Virus record (IMG/VR): IMGVR_UViG_3300031519_006853
Location: 96,001 to 160,000 of that record
Length of the DNA: 64,000 nt
Source: a virus
Strand: one strand, 5' to 3'
Shown: in pieces, positions 54,430 through 64,000 of the stretch
How positions within the stretch are numbered: position 1 is the first letter of the stretch
Layout: the number at the start of each line of letters is the position of its first letter
Made by a program: the position numbers and the translations under genes
The notes under the pieces: generated by a model
What the model was told of the DNA's origin: nothing
What the model saw: the letters and a program-made list of their open reading frames with translations, nothing else
The model's database searches: none

Positions 54430-56553
54430 ATGGCAACAACGCCCTTAATCAGAACTCCGCAGGCAGATGGGGGAACATTTTATACGTTCTCTTCTTCTGC
54501 TAAAGACTTATCTAGAACTCTCAATAATGATGAGCTTAAATTAGTCTTTTCTAAGTTTGTGCTTCTTAATCTACCAGATATGGATAGATTAGATCCAAAT
54601 ACATTTAGTCAATACCAAAACTATATGCAGTTTGATACTATTGATGGTGCAATATGGAGCGGCGGCTTAAAAGGTGATCCTAATGTTAATTTTACTGAAA
54701 GTCTTCAAAACTATGCGCTTAATTTAGAAGAACTTATAATTAGTGATGCAACATATGATAATACTACAAATTTAACTGTATCTGAAAGAGTATTTTTTAA
54801 ATGGCTTAAGGAAACTGGAGCAATGAGATTTAGAGAAGCTACTGTTTTAGAAAAAGCAAGTGGTATAACAACACCTAGATTTGTTGAGGAAGATGAAGTA
54901 ACTGCAGGTACGCGACAGTACAGAAGAGTAGTTAGATATATTGGTGAAATTGATATTGTAAATAATGTAGATAAGGCCGGAGAAGCGTATACTGAATTGT
55001 ATATTAATGTACCAACAGAAGTAGGTAGAACTCCCACTATCCTCTTTGATTCAATTTCTGATACGAATTATCAACCATCATTAAAGATTACGCGTACAGG
55101 CCCTGGTAGTGAATATATAATGGGAAGGAACTCATCATCAGTTCATCCTCAAGGATTGGATATGTTTGCTTGGTATGATTATGATCAACCATTACAAGGT
55201 GGAGGTCCTGCTGGTTATACTGATCCTGTTGCAAATTGGATGGATGAATCAACACCACCTACTTCAGTAGATTCTTATTTTACAGAGCCTACATCTTTTA
55301 CAAGTGTTCTTAACGCTAATATTATAAAATACCCTGGTGATTATAACAATCCTACTGGTTATGTTGGATCTGCTTATGTAAGATCTGAATTGGATGGAAT
55401 CTCAGTAGATTTTAATCCTAATGATTATCAACAAATTGCACAAGATCCTACTATAAGTACTATTCCACAATTTAATGGAACTGATTTAGCTGAATCATTT
55501 GAATTCAATGCTGTATTGGTTTATTATGATATGGTAGACTTAAGTGATTCAAATAAAACAAAAACAAACTTATATGGTATTTTAATCTTAGATAACATAA
55601 CACCTACAACTGATGGTGGTTATATTCAAAGATATCCAAAATACAAACCTAATCTTACAACTGGACAAAACGGTAACAGTTATGGATTTAAAATTAATTT
55701 AAGATTTGATGCTTCACCAGGTACTGCAGGTATTGATACAATTGTAAATGATTATAATACATTCTCAATGGGATTATTTTCAGATGCATCAGCTCAATTA
55801 CAGGCATCAGCTCAAATATTCCAAAGACAACAATTAGAACTTGCTGATATAGAATTGAGATTAGCTTCTGTTGAAAATACCCTTAATTCTGTTAGTACTT
55901 CTGCTTTTTTACAATCTCAGATTAATAGTCTACAAACGCAACTCGATAATGCTTCATTAGCATTCGCAAGTAGTACTACATTACTTGATTTAATTGCTAA
56001 AAACTCAGATGAAATTCAATCTATAGCTAATGGAAATGTTTCGCAAACTTTACAATATAATACAGATGTTGTAAGACAAGGTACAGGTATATCTGTAAAT
56101 ACAAATACACCTAATCAAATACAAATTTCTAATAATGTACAAGCATACAATTTCATGGTACCTATGGATGCTGGAAATGTTCAAGTTACTATTGCAAATC
56201 CATTAAATTTAAATGTAGTAAACCCAGGAGTATTTGTTGATTTATCAACTTATACAAATATGCTAAGATTAGATACTATTAATACTGCAAAAGGAGACCT
56301 AGTTATTTATATTGATGATACTGATACTCAGTGGAGAACTGGGCAAACTGTAAGGTTAACATTTAATAATGTTCTTCTTATAGGATCACGAGATATAAAA
56401 ATATATACTGATGCACCAAGTAGACTTAATACAGGTTCGTTTGGTAAATTAGCTGCAACTATACCTAATCTTGACCTAAGCAATATTCCAATTATTGATC
56501 TGATTTGTACAGAGCAAGGAGTATTAACTTTTGCATATGATATAGTTAAATAA
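54430..56553 (+). CDS. Putative virion structural protein with a coiled coil
   Basis: Large ORF in the late module. Confidence 0.55.
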   Translation: MATTPLIRTPQADGGTFYTFSSSAKDLSRTLNNDELKLVFSKFVLLNLPDMDRLDPNTFSQYQNYMQFDTIDGAIWSGGLKGDPNVNFTESLQNYALNLEELIISDATYDNTTNLTVSERVFFKWLKETGAMRFREATVLEKASGITTPRFVEEDEVTAGTRQYRRVVRYIGEIDIVNNVDKAGEAYTELYINVPTEVGRTPTILFDSISDTNYQPSLKITRTGPGSEYIMGRNSSSVHPQGLDMFAWYDYDQPLQGGGPAGYTDPVANWMDESTPPTSVDSYFTEPTSFTSVLNANIIKYPGDYNNPTGYVGSAYVRSELDGISVDFNPNDYQQIAQDPTISTIPQFNGTDLAESFEFNAVLVYYDMVDLSDSNKTKTNLYGILILDNITPTTDGGYIQRYPKYKPNLTTGQNGNSYGFKINLRFDASPGTAGIDTIVNDYNTFSMGLFSDASAQLQASAQIFQRQQLELADIELRLASVENTLNSVSTSAFLQSQINSLQTQLDNASLAFASSTTLLDLIAKNSDEIQSIANGNVSQTLQYNTDVVRQGTGISVNTNTPNQIQISNNVQAYNFMVPMDAGNVQVTIANPLNLNVVNPGVFVDLSTYTNMLRLDTINTAKGDLVIYIDDTDTQWRTGQTVRLTFNNVLLIGSRDIKIYTDAPSRLNTGSFGKLAATIPNLDLSNIPIIDLICTEQGVLTFAYDIVK

Positions 56554-56576
56554 ATAATAAAATTGAAACCTAGATA

Positions 56577-59500
56577 ATGGCTGAAAATAATTCAATACAA
56601 ACAATGCTACCGGAACTGTTAAGACTTTTTAACAATTCACTGGAGAGCTTTGAGAAAGTTAATCAAGCAATTACATCAAGCAGAGAATCTGTAACTGTTA
56701 ACATTCAGAATAATGATGGAACAAATGCTAGGATTACTATACCGAGTTTTGGATTTCTTAAAAATTCAGTTGATAGATTAAATACAAACATTAATACTCT
56801 TACTAATTTTAATGATGGTGATAGTTCTATAAGATTAGCAGATGGTACATTTAGAAAATTAGTTTTAGCTAAATTACCAACAGAAGCCTTAGATTTAACT
56901 TCTCTTAATTCTATTAATGAATTCGATGTTAAACCTAATTGGTTTTTTGAAGAATTAATTAATCCATTATTATATGTAGCATTTAATATCACAGGGCAAG
57001 CACCTATTGATACAGAGCGAGCTATTGTTCAAAGATATATTTTAGATACAAATAGCCAAAGCAAAATTAACTTTTTTGAAAATAATTATAATGGCAATGC
57101 TGTAATTGATTATAATACATTTTTACAAGCAATTGTTGAAAAGAATATTTCTTATGTATTAGATGAGGCTGTTGTTGATTTGCCACCTAGAGATAAAAGA
57201 TTTTCAGGTAAATTTAGTGTAATAAGAATTGGAGAAGAAAGTGTAACACAAACAGTTAATGGTGTTGAGCAGACTATTGTACAAAAATTATATAAATTAA
57301 ATAAAATATTTTATTCTGATGCAGAAGCTGATTTTGCAGATACTGTGCAGCTTAAAGTAGGTGATAGCCTAGAAGTAGTATCTACACCTATTGATACAAG
57401 ATATACAGTAACACAAATTGATACAAGTACTAATTCTGTTATTGTAAGATTACAAGAAGGGTCAAGAACTATTAGTATTGGTGCAGATGTTTTAAAGATA
57501 GGATCTGCGTTAAGTGATTCGTTAGAGGTAGATGTAACTGTTGGTTTTAATGAAAGGTGTGTAACTTTTATTAAACCAATTGATCCAGATTCAAAAATAC
57601 CTGCAGTGAATTGGTCACCAGGTAGTGGTTTTTATACAAATGATTTAACAACAATTAATTCTGCAGGTACTGCTCAAACTCTTGCTGACTATTATCAACA
57701 GAATGCTGTTGATTTTGGTAGATATTTATTATCATTTGCACAAGATAAGATTCCAACAAGTAGAGAAGGTTTAATTCCTAATTCTCCAGTACTATCACCA
57801 AATGATTTTACAGTATCATTAATAAATGGACAAGTTAGTCAATCAGATTCAATTGTACAGCTTAAGGATTTAAATAACCAAAAGAATACTATACAATCTA
57901 CATTATCTGAATTAGATGTAGCCATTTCACAAAGTAGAGCACGAATACAAACAACTAATTATTCAACAGAAGTTGAAAGAGATGCTGATAAGAATGCTTT
58001 ACAGGGTTTAATTACCGAAAGAGCTTCACAAGCAAAACTGTATTCTTCAGTAGTAACTGAAATAGATGCATTTGCATCTGATAACTCAGTAAGTAGTATA
58101 ACACCTAAATATAGGGTTAGAGGATTTTGGGCAATGCCTGAGGAAAAATCAGCCCCAGAAACTGGAGTACAAGATATAATTAAATTTAGATATCGTTATA
58201 GATATCTTTCCGCTGATGGTGCAGCTAATGCAGTTGATCAGTTTACATACACTGATGGTAGTGGAACAAGCCAAGGCGCGTTTTCTAACTATGTAATTGT
58301 AGATAGTGTAATAAGACCTAGAACTAAAAATAGTATAACAGGTTTATATGAATGGGCTCCGCTTGATGATGACAATGCAAATTCTGTAAATATCAATCAA
58401 TTAGATATTCCAATTAGAAAAGGGGAACAGGTAGAAATAGAGGTTCAATCTATATCAGAAGCAGGTTGGCCATCTAATCCATTAGAAAGTGAATTCAGTA
58501 CTGCTATAAGAGTTGAGTTTCCAGCAGACTTAAGCTCTGATAATGCATTAGAATCTATACTTGCACAGAATAAAGAAGATTTAGCATCAGTTGCATTAAA
58601 TGAAAATTTAGAATCTATTGGGTTACCTACTCACTTAAGTAGTTCATTTACTGCAAATGAAACATATTATGCGCATTCATCACCAGTAATTGCATCAGGG
58701 TTTTTATCAGAAAATCAAACACCTATTGATCTTTTTACTAAATTGACAGAAATGCAAAATCAATTAGATTTATTTTCTGAAATATTAAATTCTGCACAAG
58801 GTGAATTACAAACAACATTAGTTGATGACACTGGTAATACATTTAATTTAAGGAGAAATGCAGTTACAAAGGTATTTGCTGGTTTTTATTCACAAGAGGT
58901 TGATGGATTAGATGATCCTAGAGGAGCTGTGGTTTCCAAAACTTATTTTATTAATATTGCAAATGCATCACAAACTGCATTACAATTATTGGCAAGAATA
59001 ACAGGTAGTCGTAGTAGGATGGTAAAACAATCTGAAAACCCTGGTGATTATTCACCAACTAATACTGGTGCTTTGGATAACGGATCTGTAATATTACCAG
59101 CAACATATTCATGGTTAGATAATAGTGCTAGTAATCAATCTGATAATAGACAAACATACAGAGGAGATGATACAGATTATAACACAGTTAGGAAATATGA
59201 TTTAACTCCTATTATTCTAACAAATCCTGATGTTACTACTGCTACACAATATGGTCAGATGGTATCAACACCACCATTTGGATCAACACAAAATAAAAAT
59301 CAATTTATATATAGTAGGTTTAGTGATGTATCGGCAGAAGGTAATTTTTATAGTTATCTAAATCCAGATTCACCAACTAATTTATATACATTTAATTTAG
59401 ATACTTTAGAGAATTTTTATAATGCAAACTCAGCAACTACAATAGGAGCACCAACTACCGAATTTATATGGGGTGGTGGTTTTGATGCAGCAGGCTTAGC

Positions 59501-60485
59501 AACAACTACTAGTGGCTACCCTACTAATGATGATGTAGTATCAGTTTCAATTGCTCACCCTTTCTTAACTAATTATACTGCATATAGAAATGCTTACATT
59601 TCTTTGACTGGAGATACTAATACTTTATCAACCACACCTACATTTCCACTAGACTGTTCTAGTGCAGGTAATGGTACAGGTGCTGTAATATTTAGACAAT
59701 CTAAATTTGCACCAATTACAGCAGATACAAAGTATGGCAAGCAGCAAGGAATATATTTAAATGAAAATGTTACTGATTTATTAGACTTATCAAGTGGAAA
59801 TGCAGGCGCAGTTCCACCGATAGTTGCATTGCAGCCAAATTTTGATACTGGGCAAACATTACAACCAAGCCCATCACTCTCATCACCTGCATTGGCTAAC
59901 CTTTGGGATGAATCTGCAGCAGGTTATATTACAGGTGGTTATAGTAGGAATGGAAAAACTTCATTTGAAGGATTTGACCAATATACTTTAGGAAAGCAAT
60001 CATGTGGATCTTATTTGTTTGTTTCTTCTGATAATCATTTAAATATTCAAGTAGATGGAGATTCAATTCAATCTCGAGAAGTTATAGCATTCGGTCAGCA
60101 AAATGCCATTAGCGTTCCACTAGTCTTTCAATATAGAATGACTGATTATTTTGGGGCTACATCAGGAACTGGTTTAGGTAATATTGGTGGAGATAGTACA
60201 GGATCAACTGTTAATTTAACATATGCTAAAAGAATAGGATTTGACTTATTACCAAATAACTCTGAGGTAATACAATTTGATATTGAAATTTCTGCTAAAT
60301 ATAGATCTGATAGATTAAGTATAGATGTATTCCCTAAAGCTACAGTAACTAAAGGCTTAAATGATTTAGAAAAAGTTGTATCAGCGCTAAGACCATCAAT
60401 AAGACAAACTGCCGTAAGCAATAATGGTGGCAGTAGTGGAGGTGGAAGTGGAGGCGGACAATCTTTCATTGGCAACGTATTATAA
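56577..60485 (+). CDS. Large putative virion structural protein
   Basis: 1302 aa, internal coiled coil, Gly/Ser C-terminus. Confidence 0.55.
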   Translation: MAENNSIQTMLPELLRLFNNSLESFEKVNQAITSSRESVTVNIQNNDGTNARITIPSFGFLKNSVDRLNTNINTLTNFNDGDSSIRLADGTFRKLVLAKLPTEALDLTSLNSINEFDVKPNWFFEELINPLLYVAFNITGQAPIDTERAIVQRYILDTNSQSKINFFENNYNGNAVIDYNTFLQAIVEKNISYVLDEAVVDLPPRDKRFSGKFSVIRIGEESVTQTVNGVEQTIVQKLYKLNKIFYSDAEADFADTVQLKVGDSLEVVSTPIDTRYTVTQIDTSTNSVIVRLQEGSRTISIGADVLKIGSALSDSLEVDVTVGFNERCVTFIKPIDPDSKIPAVNWSPGSGFYTNDLTTINSAGTAQTLADYYQQNAVDFGRYLLSFAQDKIPTSREGLIPNSPVLSPNDFTVSLINGQVSQSDSIVQLKDLNNQKNTIQSTLSELDVAISQSRARIQTTNYSTEVERDADKNALQGLITERASQAKLYSSVVTEIDAFASDNSVSSITPKYRVRGFWAMPEEKSAPETGVQDIIKFRYRYRYLSADGAANAVDQFTYTDGSGTSQGAFSNYVIVDSVIRPRTKNSITGLYEWAPLDDDNANSVNINQLDIPIRKGEQVEIEVQSISEAGWPSNPLESEFSTAIRVEFPADLSSDNALESILAQNKEDLASVALNENLESIGLPTHLSSSFTANETYYAHSSPVIASGFLSENQTPIDLFTKLTEMQNQLDLFSEILNSAQGELQTTLVDDTGNTFNLRRNAVTKVFAGFYSQEVDGLDDPRGAVVSKTYFINIANASQTALQLLARITGSRSRMVKQSENPGDYSPTNTGALDNGSVILPATYSWLDNSASNQSDNRQTYRGDDTDYNTVRKYDLTPIILTNPDVTTATQYGQMVSTPPFGSTQNKNQFIYSRFSDVSAEGNFYSYLNPDSPTNLYTFNLDTLENFYNANSATTIGAPTTEFIWGGGFDAAGLATTTSGYPTNDDVVSVSIAHPFLTNYTAYRNAYISLTGDTNTLSTTPTFPLDCSSAGNGTGAVIFRQSKFAPITADTKYGKQQGIYLNENVTDLLDLSSGNAGAVPPIVALQPNFDTGQTLQPSPSLSSPALANLWDESAAGYITGGYSRNGKTSFEGFDQYTLGKQSCGSYLFVSSDNHLNIQVDGDSIQSREVIAFGQQNAISVPLVFQYRMTDYFGATSGTGLGNIGGDSTGSTVNLTYAKRIGFDLLPNNSEVIQFDIEISAKYRSDRLSIDVFPKATVTKGLNDLEKVVSALRPSIRQTAVSNNGGSSGGGSGGGQSFIGNVL

Positions 60486-60506
60486 TTTAACCAATATCTT
60501 TTGGTG

Positions 60507-60515
60507 AATATATAA
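60507..60515 (+). promoter_or_regulatory. Late-type promoter motif AATATATAA
   Basis: Upstream of ATG 60532. Confidence 0.55.
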
Positions 60516-60531
60516 AAAAAGTGAAAGATAA

Positions 60532-63500
60532 ATGGCTGAAAAACTCCTAGATAAAGCGTCGTATAGTTTAGTTAGAACTAATCCTAAATTAACAGGTAAT
60601 GTTAAAGTAGTATCGGATGGTACTGATATTTACTTAGAATCCTTTAGTGCTAATACAAGACTTGCATCTCAGAAATTTAAAGCATTTAAGGTTGATGGTT
60701 CTAGTACCTATGATCGTGATGTTTTTAGATTTTTTGATTTTGGAAAATTTCCTAAAGAAGCTGCGTACGAAATCTTCCAAGAATATGAAGATGATGCAGT
60801 ACTATCTAAATACGGTAATCAATATGAAATGTTTTATTGCGCAGGGACTAGGTCAGTTGCGTCGGAAGCATATTCACAGAGTTTAGCTACATTAGCGCCT
60901 CTTTGGTTAAATGATCAAATGCCTAATTACTTTGTAGTTTTTAGATTAGATAACCCAGCAGCAGTAAATAATTTTAGAGCTGCAACTGAGAATGCTAATA
61001 CTGTAAATGCACAAACATCTGCTGAATTTAGCAAAAATGTTTTGGAGAATTGTACTGCAATTAAAACATTTGATTTAACAGAAAGTACCCCACTAGGATC
61101 TTATATTAGAAATTATAGAAATCAAGAAACATTTCCAGAAGTACCACTAAATGTTTCATGGAGAAAAGACGAGCCTATCTTGTGGAATGGTATATCTTAT
61201 AAAAGTGGAGGGTTTACTAGCACAGGAAATTTTGCATATAATGATATAATCGGTAAAGATTCTACTATTATTCAAGATGAGTATTTATTTACACAAGGGT
61301 TTCAGAATAATGGAATTCTTTTGGCTAATCTTTTAAATATGGAATTCTTATTTGATGATCCTACTGCTGAAGATTATTCAATTAATAGATATTTTGGTAT
61401 GTATGTTAATGATATTGAAGAAGGTAGGTTTGATATATCAGGAGAAGCATTTTATAAAAATACAGAAAAAACACAGTTACCTAAAATAACTACAATAACT
61501 GAAGTTTCACAAGATCTTAATACCCCTTTTACTATAACTAATGAACAAGGTATATTATTATTTTTAGATCCTTTAAAAACAGAAACTATTACAGGATTAC
61601 CAACACCTACTAGAGTAGATGAAGTTGAATCTATTTTTTATGTTAAGGATAAAGAAGATGATTTTCATACAATTAAAAAAGGGGCAATTTGGGGTAAAAA
61701 TCAAATAAGATTATTTGACACTGAGGTTGATGTTTCTTTATTTACAGGTTATAAGGATCCTGATACTTTTGCTAATGCTAGTATTATAAATCGCGCAGGT
61801 GTTGCACAGATGTATATAAAGGTATTAGATAATATTGAAGATGGCTTTAGTATAACTTTTTATGATGGCTCATCTGTCACAGGTAAAATATTTGCTAATA
61901 GTACACTGGCACCAATACCTGGGAAATCATTTGAAAGATTCTTTAATCCTAACGGTACAATACAAGAAGTTGCACAATCTATAACTTCTGCTATTAATAA
62001 TGGTATAGATGAAAATGTTAGATTTTTTGTAGCCTCTTATAATGATAGTACTGTTTATGTTAAGTCAAGATTTAGTGGTAATAGATTTAATAGAATGGGA
62101 TTTCTGTTGGATATACAATTCCCAGAAGCGTTTTCACAATTGCAAACATACCCATTAACCACACTAGTTAGCCCATCTAATACTTTTGTTGGTGGGAATG
62201 ATGTTAAGAATAGTTTGCTAAAAGTTGAATTAGGAGATCAAGATAGATTTACACCTGGTGAGTTTGTACAAACAACTGGTGGTTATGCTGTTATTGGTGA
62301 TTGGGTTCCATACACTGATGAACCTATTTATAATGGTTTTAATGAAATTATAGGATATACTGATATAGATAAATATGCAATCATAACATGTAATGATGAT
62401 GAGATAATAGTTACTAGGTCTAATCAAGTTGCACTCTATTCAGATTACAAGCCATCATTTGGTAGATTTTCATTTTTTGAAGTTAGAGATTTTGATTTTA
62501 ATTTCTATAGTACTATGTATAGTGAAGAAGGTGAATTAGATTTTGAGTTTAAAGAATATAACCAAACTACACCAGGTATAGTACCTCTTCAATATACTGG
62601 AGTAAGTAGCAATCCACAGATTAGAAACTTTTATGATAATGGTGGGTTTTATAATCTTATCGGTTTATTAAATGATGCAGAAGACCAGAACCCTAATGAT
62701 GAATATATTAAAAGTGAATATGTTAGGTTGGAAGAAAACTTTTTAACTTCACAGGCCGCTGCGTCTAGAATTGCACCTTATATTAATAAATGGGGATGGG
62801 TTAACGACGGTAAAGATGTAAGAAATCATCCTTATAGATTGGATGTAAATGAAGCCTTTGGTTTAAATAACTTTGCACCATCTAAATGGGATAAGATACA
62901 AGAGGCTAGTGGTTATTCTCATGAGTGGTATTACTTATCTGAATTTCCAGAATATTTTACTAATGACGCAATTGAAAGCTCTTGGAGTTATTGCGTTAAG
63001 GCACCTACCGATAATATAGAAGCTAATTTATTTACTGGGCAAGTATTTGTGCCAGGTACTTTTCAAAATGTTAACATAAATTATTTTGATGAATATTTTA
63101 TTGTACAAAAATTTGATTTTGGTAATAGCAATATTGTAGAGATAGATAGACAACTAAGATATGGTAGATTTAGCGGTGGTAATGAAGATAATTTTGCTGA
63201 GGCATTTTTACGAGGTGTTAGAATTATAGCAAAGCCTAAATCAATTGGTACAGAAAAACCTGATTTTAATGCTAGATCATTATCATATGTTAGAGATGGT
63301 TCTTTTAATGATTATAGATTTTCTGTTATCATGGTTCCTAATTTACCAGATAGCCCGCCATTTGAAATTAAGTTTATAAAAAATGAAAAGTGGAAAACTA
63401 TAGTAATGTTTATTTCAATTGAATATGCTGTAAAGTGTTTAAATGATAATACTAAATCTATTATAGATAGAACTAGTTTATATTCTTTAAATAGTAATTG

Positions 63501-64000
63501 GGCCGTCAATCCAGCTACATGTGCACCACAAAACATTCCTAACCCATACACTAATACTACAGTGAGTGGTGCAATTGCATTAACGCAATCTTATTTAGAA
63601 CCATCTGGTGATATTATTGTTAAATGGCAACCAGATAAAGATGGTGTTTTACCTGACTTGATTAATGATATTAGAATTTTAGAAGATGGAACTTATGGTG
63701 AGATTAAATTTACAATTGGTTTTGATATCTTTGTAATTAATGGGATTATTAATATTGAAAATTTTAATACACTAAGAGTAGCGGCTAATGGTTTTACGAA
63801 AAATGGTAATGTGCAATCAATTCCATCATCTTCACCAAATAATGTTGAATTAAGAGCTGCAACATACCAAATTAATAAAGGTGGTTATTTACAATATACT
63901 GATAGACTTAATTCAGCTAGCTTTGGAGAAATGTTTGATGCGGTTAATCAAGGTAACCCAAGTGTTATATATGAAACGATTGCAACTGATGGGAGCCAAC
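60532..64000 (+). CDS. Very large putative structural protein, truncated by the window end (missing from the ORF track)
   Basis: MAEKLLDKASYSLVRTNPKLTGNVKVV...; the frame appears open to the end of the window (spot-checked, not translated in full). Confidence 0.8.
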   Translation, partial: MAEKLLDKASYSLVRTNPKLTGNVKVVSDGTDIYLESFSANTRLASQKFKAFKVDGSSTYDRDVFRFFDFGKFPKEAAYEIFQEYEDDAVLSKYGNQYEMFYCAGTRSVASEAYSQSLATLAPLWLNDQMPNYFVVFRLDNPAAVNNFRAATENANTVNAQTSAEFSKNVLENCTAIKTFDLTESTPLGSYIRNYRNQETFPEVPLNVSWRKDEPILWNGISYKSGGFTSTGNFAYNDIIGKDSTIIQDEYLFTQGFQNNGILLANLLNMEFLFDDPTAEDYSINRYFGMYVNDIEEGRFDISGEAFYKNTEKTQLPKITTITEVSQDLNTPFTITNEQGILLFLDPLKTETITGLPTPTRVDEVESIFYVKDKEDDFHTIKKGAIWGKNQIRLFDTEVDVSLFTGYKDPDTFANASIINRAGVAQMYIKVLDNIEDGFSITFYDGSSVTGKIFANSTLAPIPGKSFERFFNPNGTIQEVAQSITSAINNGIDENVRFFVASYNDSTVYVKSRFSGNRFNRMGFLLDIQFPEAFSQLQTYPLTTLVSPSNTFVGGNDVKNSLLKVELGDQDRFTPGEFVQTTGGYAVIGDWVPYTDEPIYNGFNEIIGYTDIDKYAIITCNDDEIIVTRSNQVALYSDYKPSFGRFSFFEVRDFDFNFYSTMYSEEGELDFEFKEYNQTTPGIVPLQYTGVSSNPQIRNFYDNGGFYNLIGLLNDAEDQNPNDEYIKSEYVRLEENFLTSQAAASRIAPYINKWGWVNDGKDVRNHPYRLDVNEAFGLNNFAPSKWDKIQEASGYSHEWYYLSEFPEYFTNDAIESSWSYCVKAPTDNIEANLFTGQVFVPGTFQNVNINYFDEYFIVQKFDFGNSNIVEIDRQLRYGRFSGGNEDNFAEAFLRGVRIIAKPKSIGTEKPDFNARSLSYVRDGSFNDYRFSVIMVPNLPDSPPFEIKFIKNEKWKTIVMFISIEYAVKCLNDNTKSIIDRTSLYSLNSNWAVNPATCAPQNIPNPYTNTTVSGAIALTQSYLEPSGDIIVKWQPDKDGVLPDLINDIRILEDGTYGEIKFTIGFDIFVINGIINIENFNTLRVAANGFTKNGNVQSIPSSSPNNVELRAATYQINKGGYLQYTDRLNSASFGEMFDAVNQGNPSVIYETIATDGSQ

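Noticed and set aside
4713-63551. Remaining short minus-strand or nested ORFs in the track (for example 4713, 7856, 10538, 28432, 44313, 54711, 60146, 63312)
   Set aside because: All overlap longer, motif-supported plus-strand genes and show no recognisable motifs or start signals
1-64000. Stop-codon reassignment (alternative genetic code)
   Set aside because: Long genes are intact under the standard code, and TAG and TGA both terminate plausible genes
1-64000. Introns, inteins, homing endonucleases or a diversity-generating retroelement
   Set aside because: thyA and the ligase are uninterrupted; no reverse transcriptase, HNH/GIY-YIG or intein motifs were recognised

Overview
This AT-rich 64-kb window is part of a large tailed dsDNA phage with a contractile tail and T4-like baseplate and neck genes. 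The host is probably a Bacteroidota (flavobacterium-like) species, judged from a Bacteroidota-type bS21, lipoproteins, A-rich leaders without Shine-Dalgarno sequences and a -7-like promoter motif. Nearly all genes are on the + strand. Block 1 (1-9 kb) holds nucleotide-sugar enzymes, methyltransferases, a glycosyltransferase and thymidylate synthase. Block 2 (9-30 kb) is an early/accessory region of small genes punctuated by eight copies of a ~100-bp promoter cassette, two unusual non-coding tracts (GTAC-rich and CTAG-rich), three tRNAs, one rearranged tRNA-like RNA with a UAU loop, bS21, PspC, a TraR-like protein, DnaJ, DNA ligase and dCMP deaminase. It also contains a short minus-strand cluster of putative capsid-targeted proteins. 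Block 3 (31-64 kb) is the tail/baseplate module, with a collagen-like fibre, gp53-, gp5-, gp13-, gp25- and gp6-like genes, an embedded four-domain bS1 and an amidoligase. All protein assignments come from motif recognition by eye; no database searches were run.
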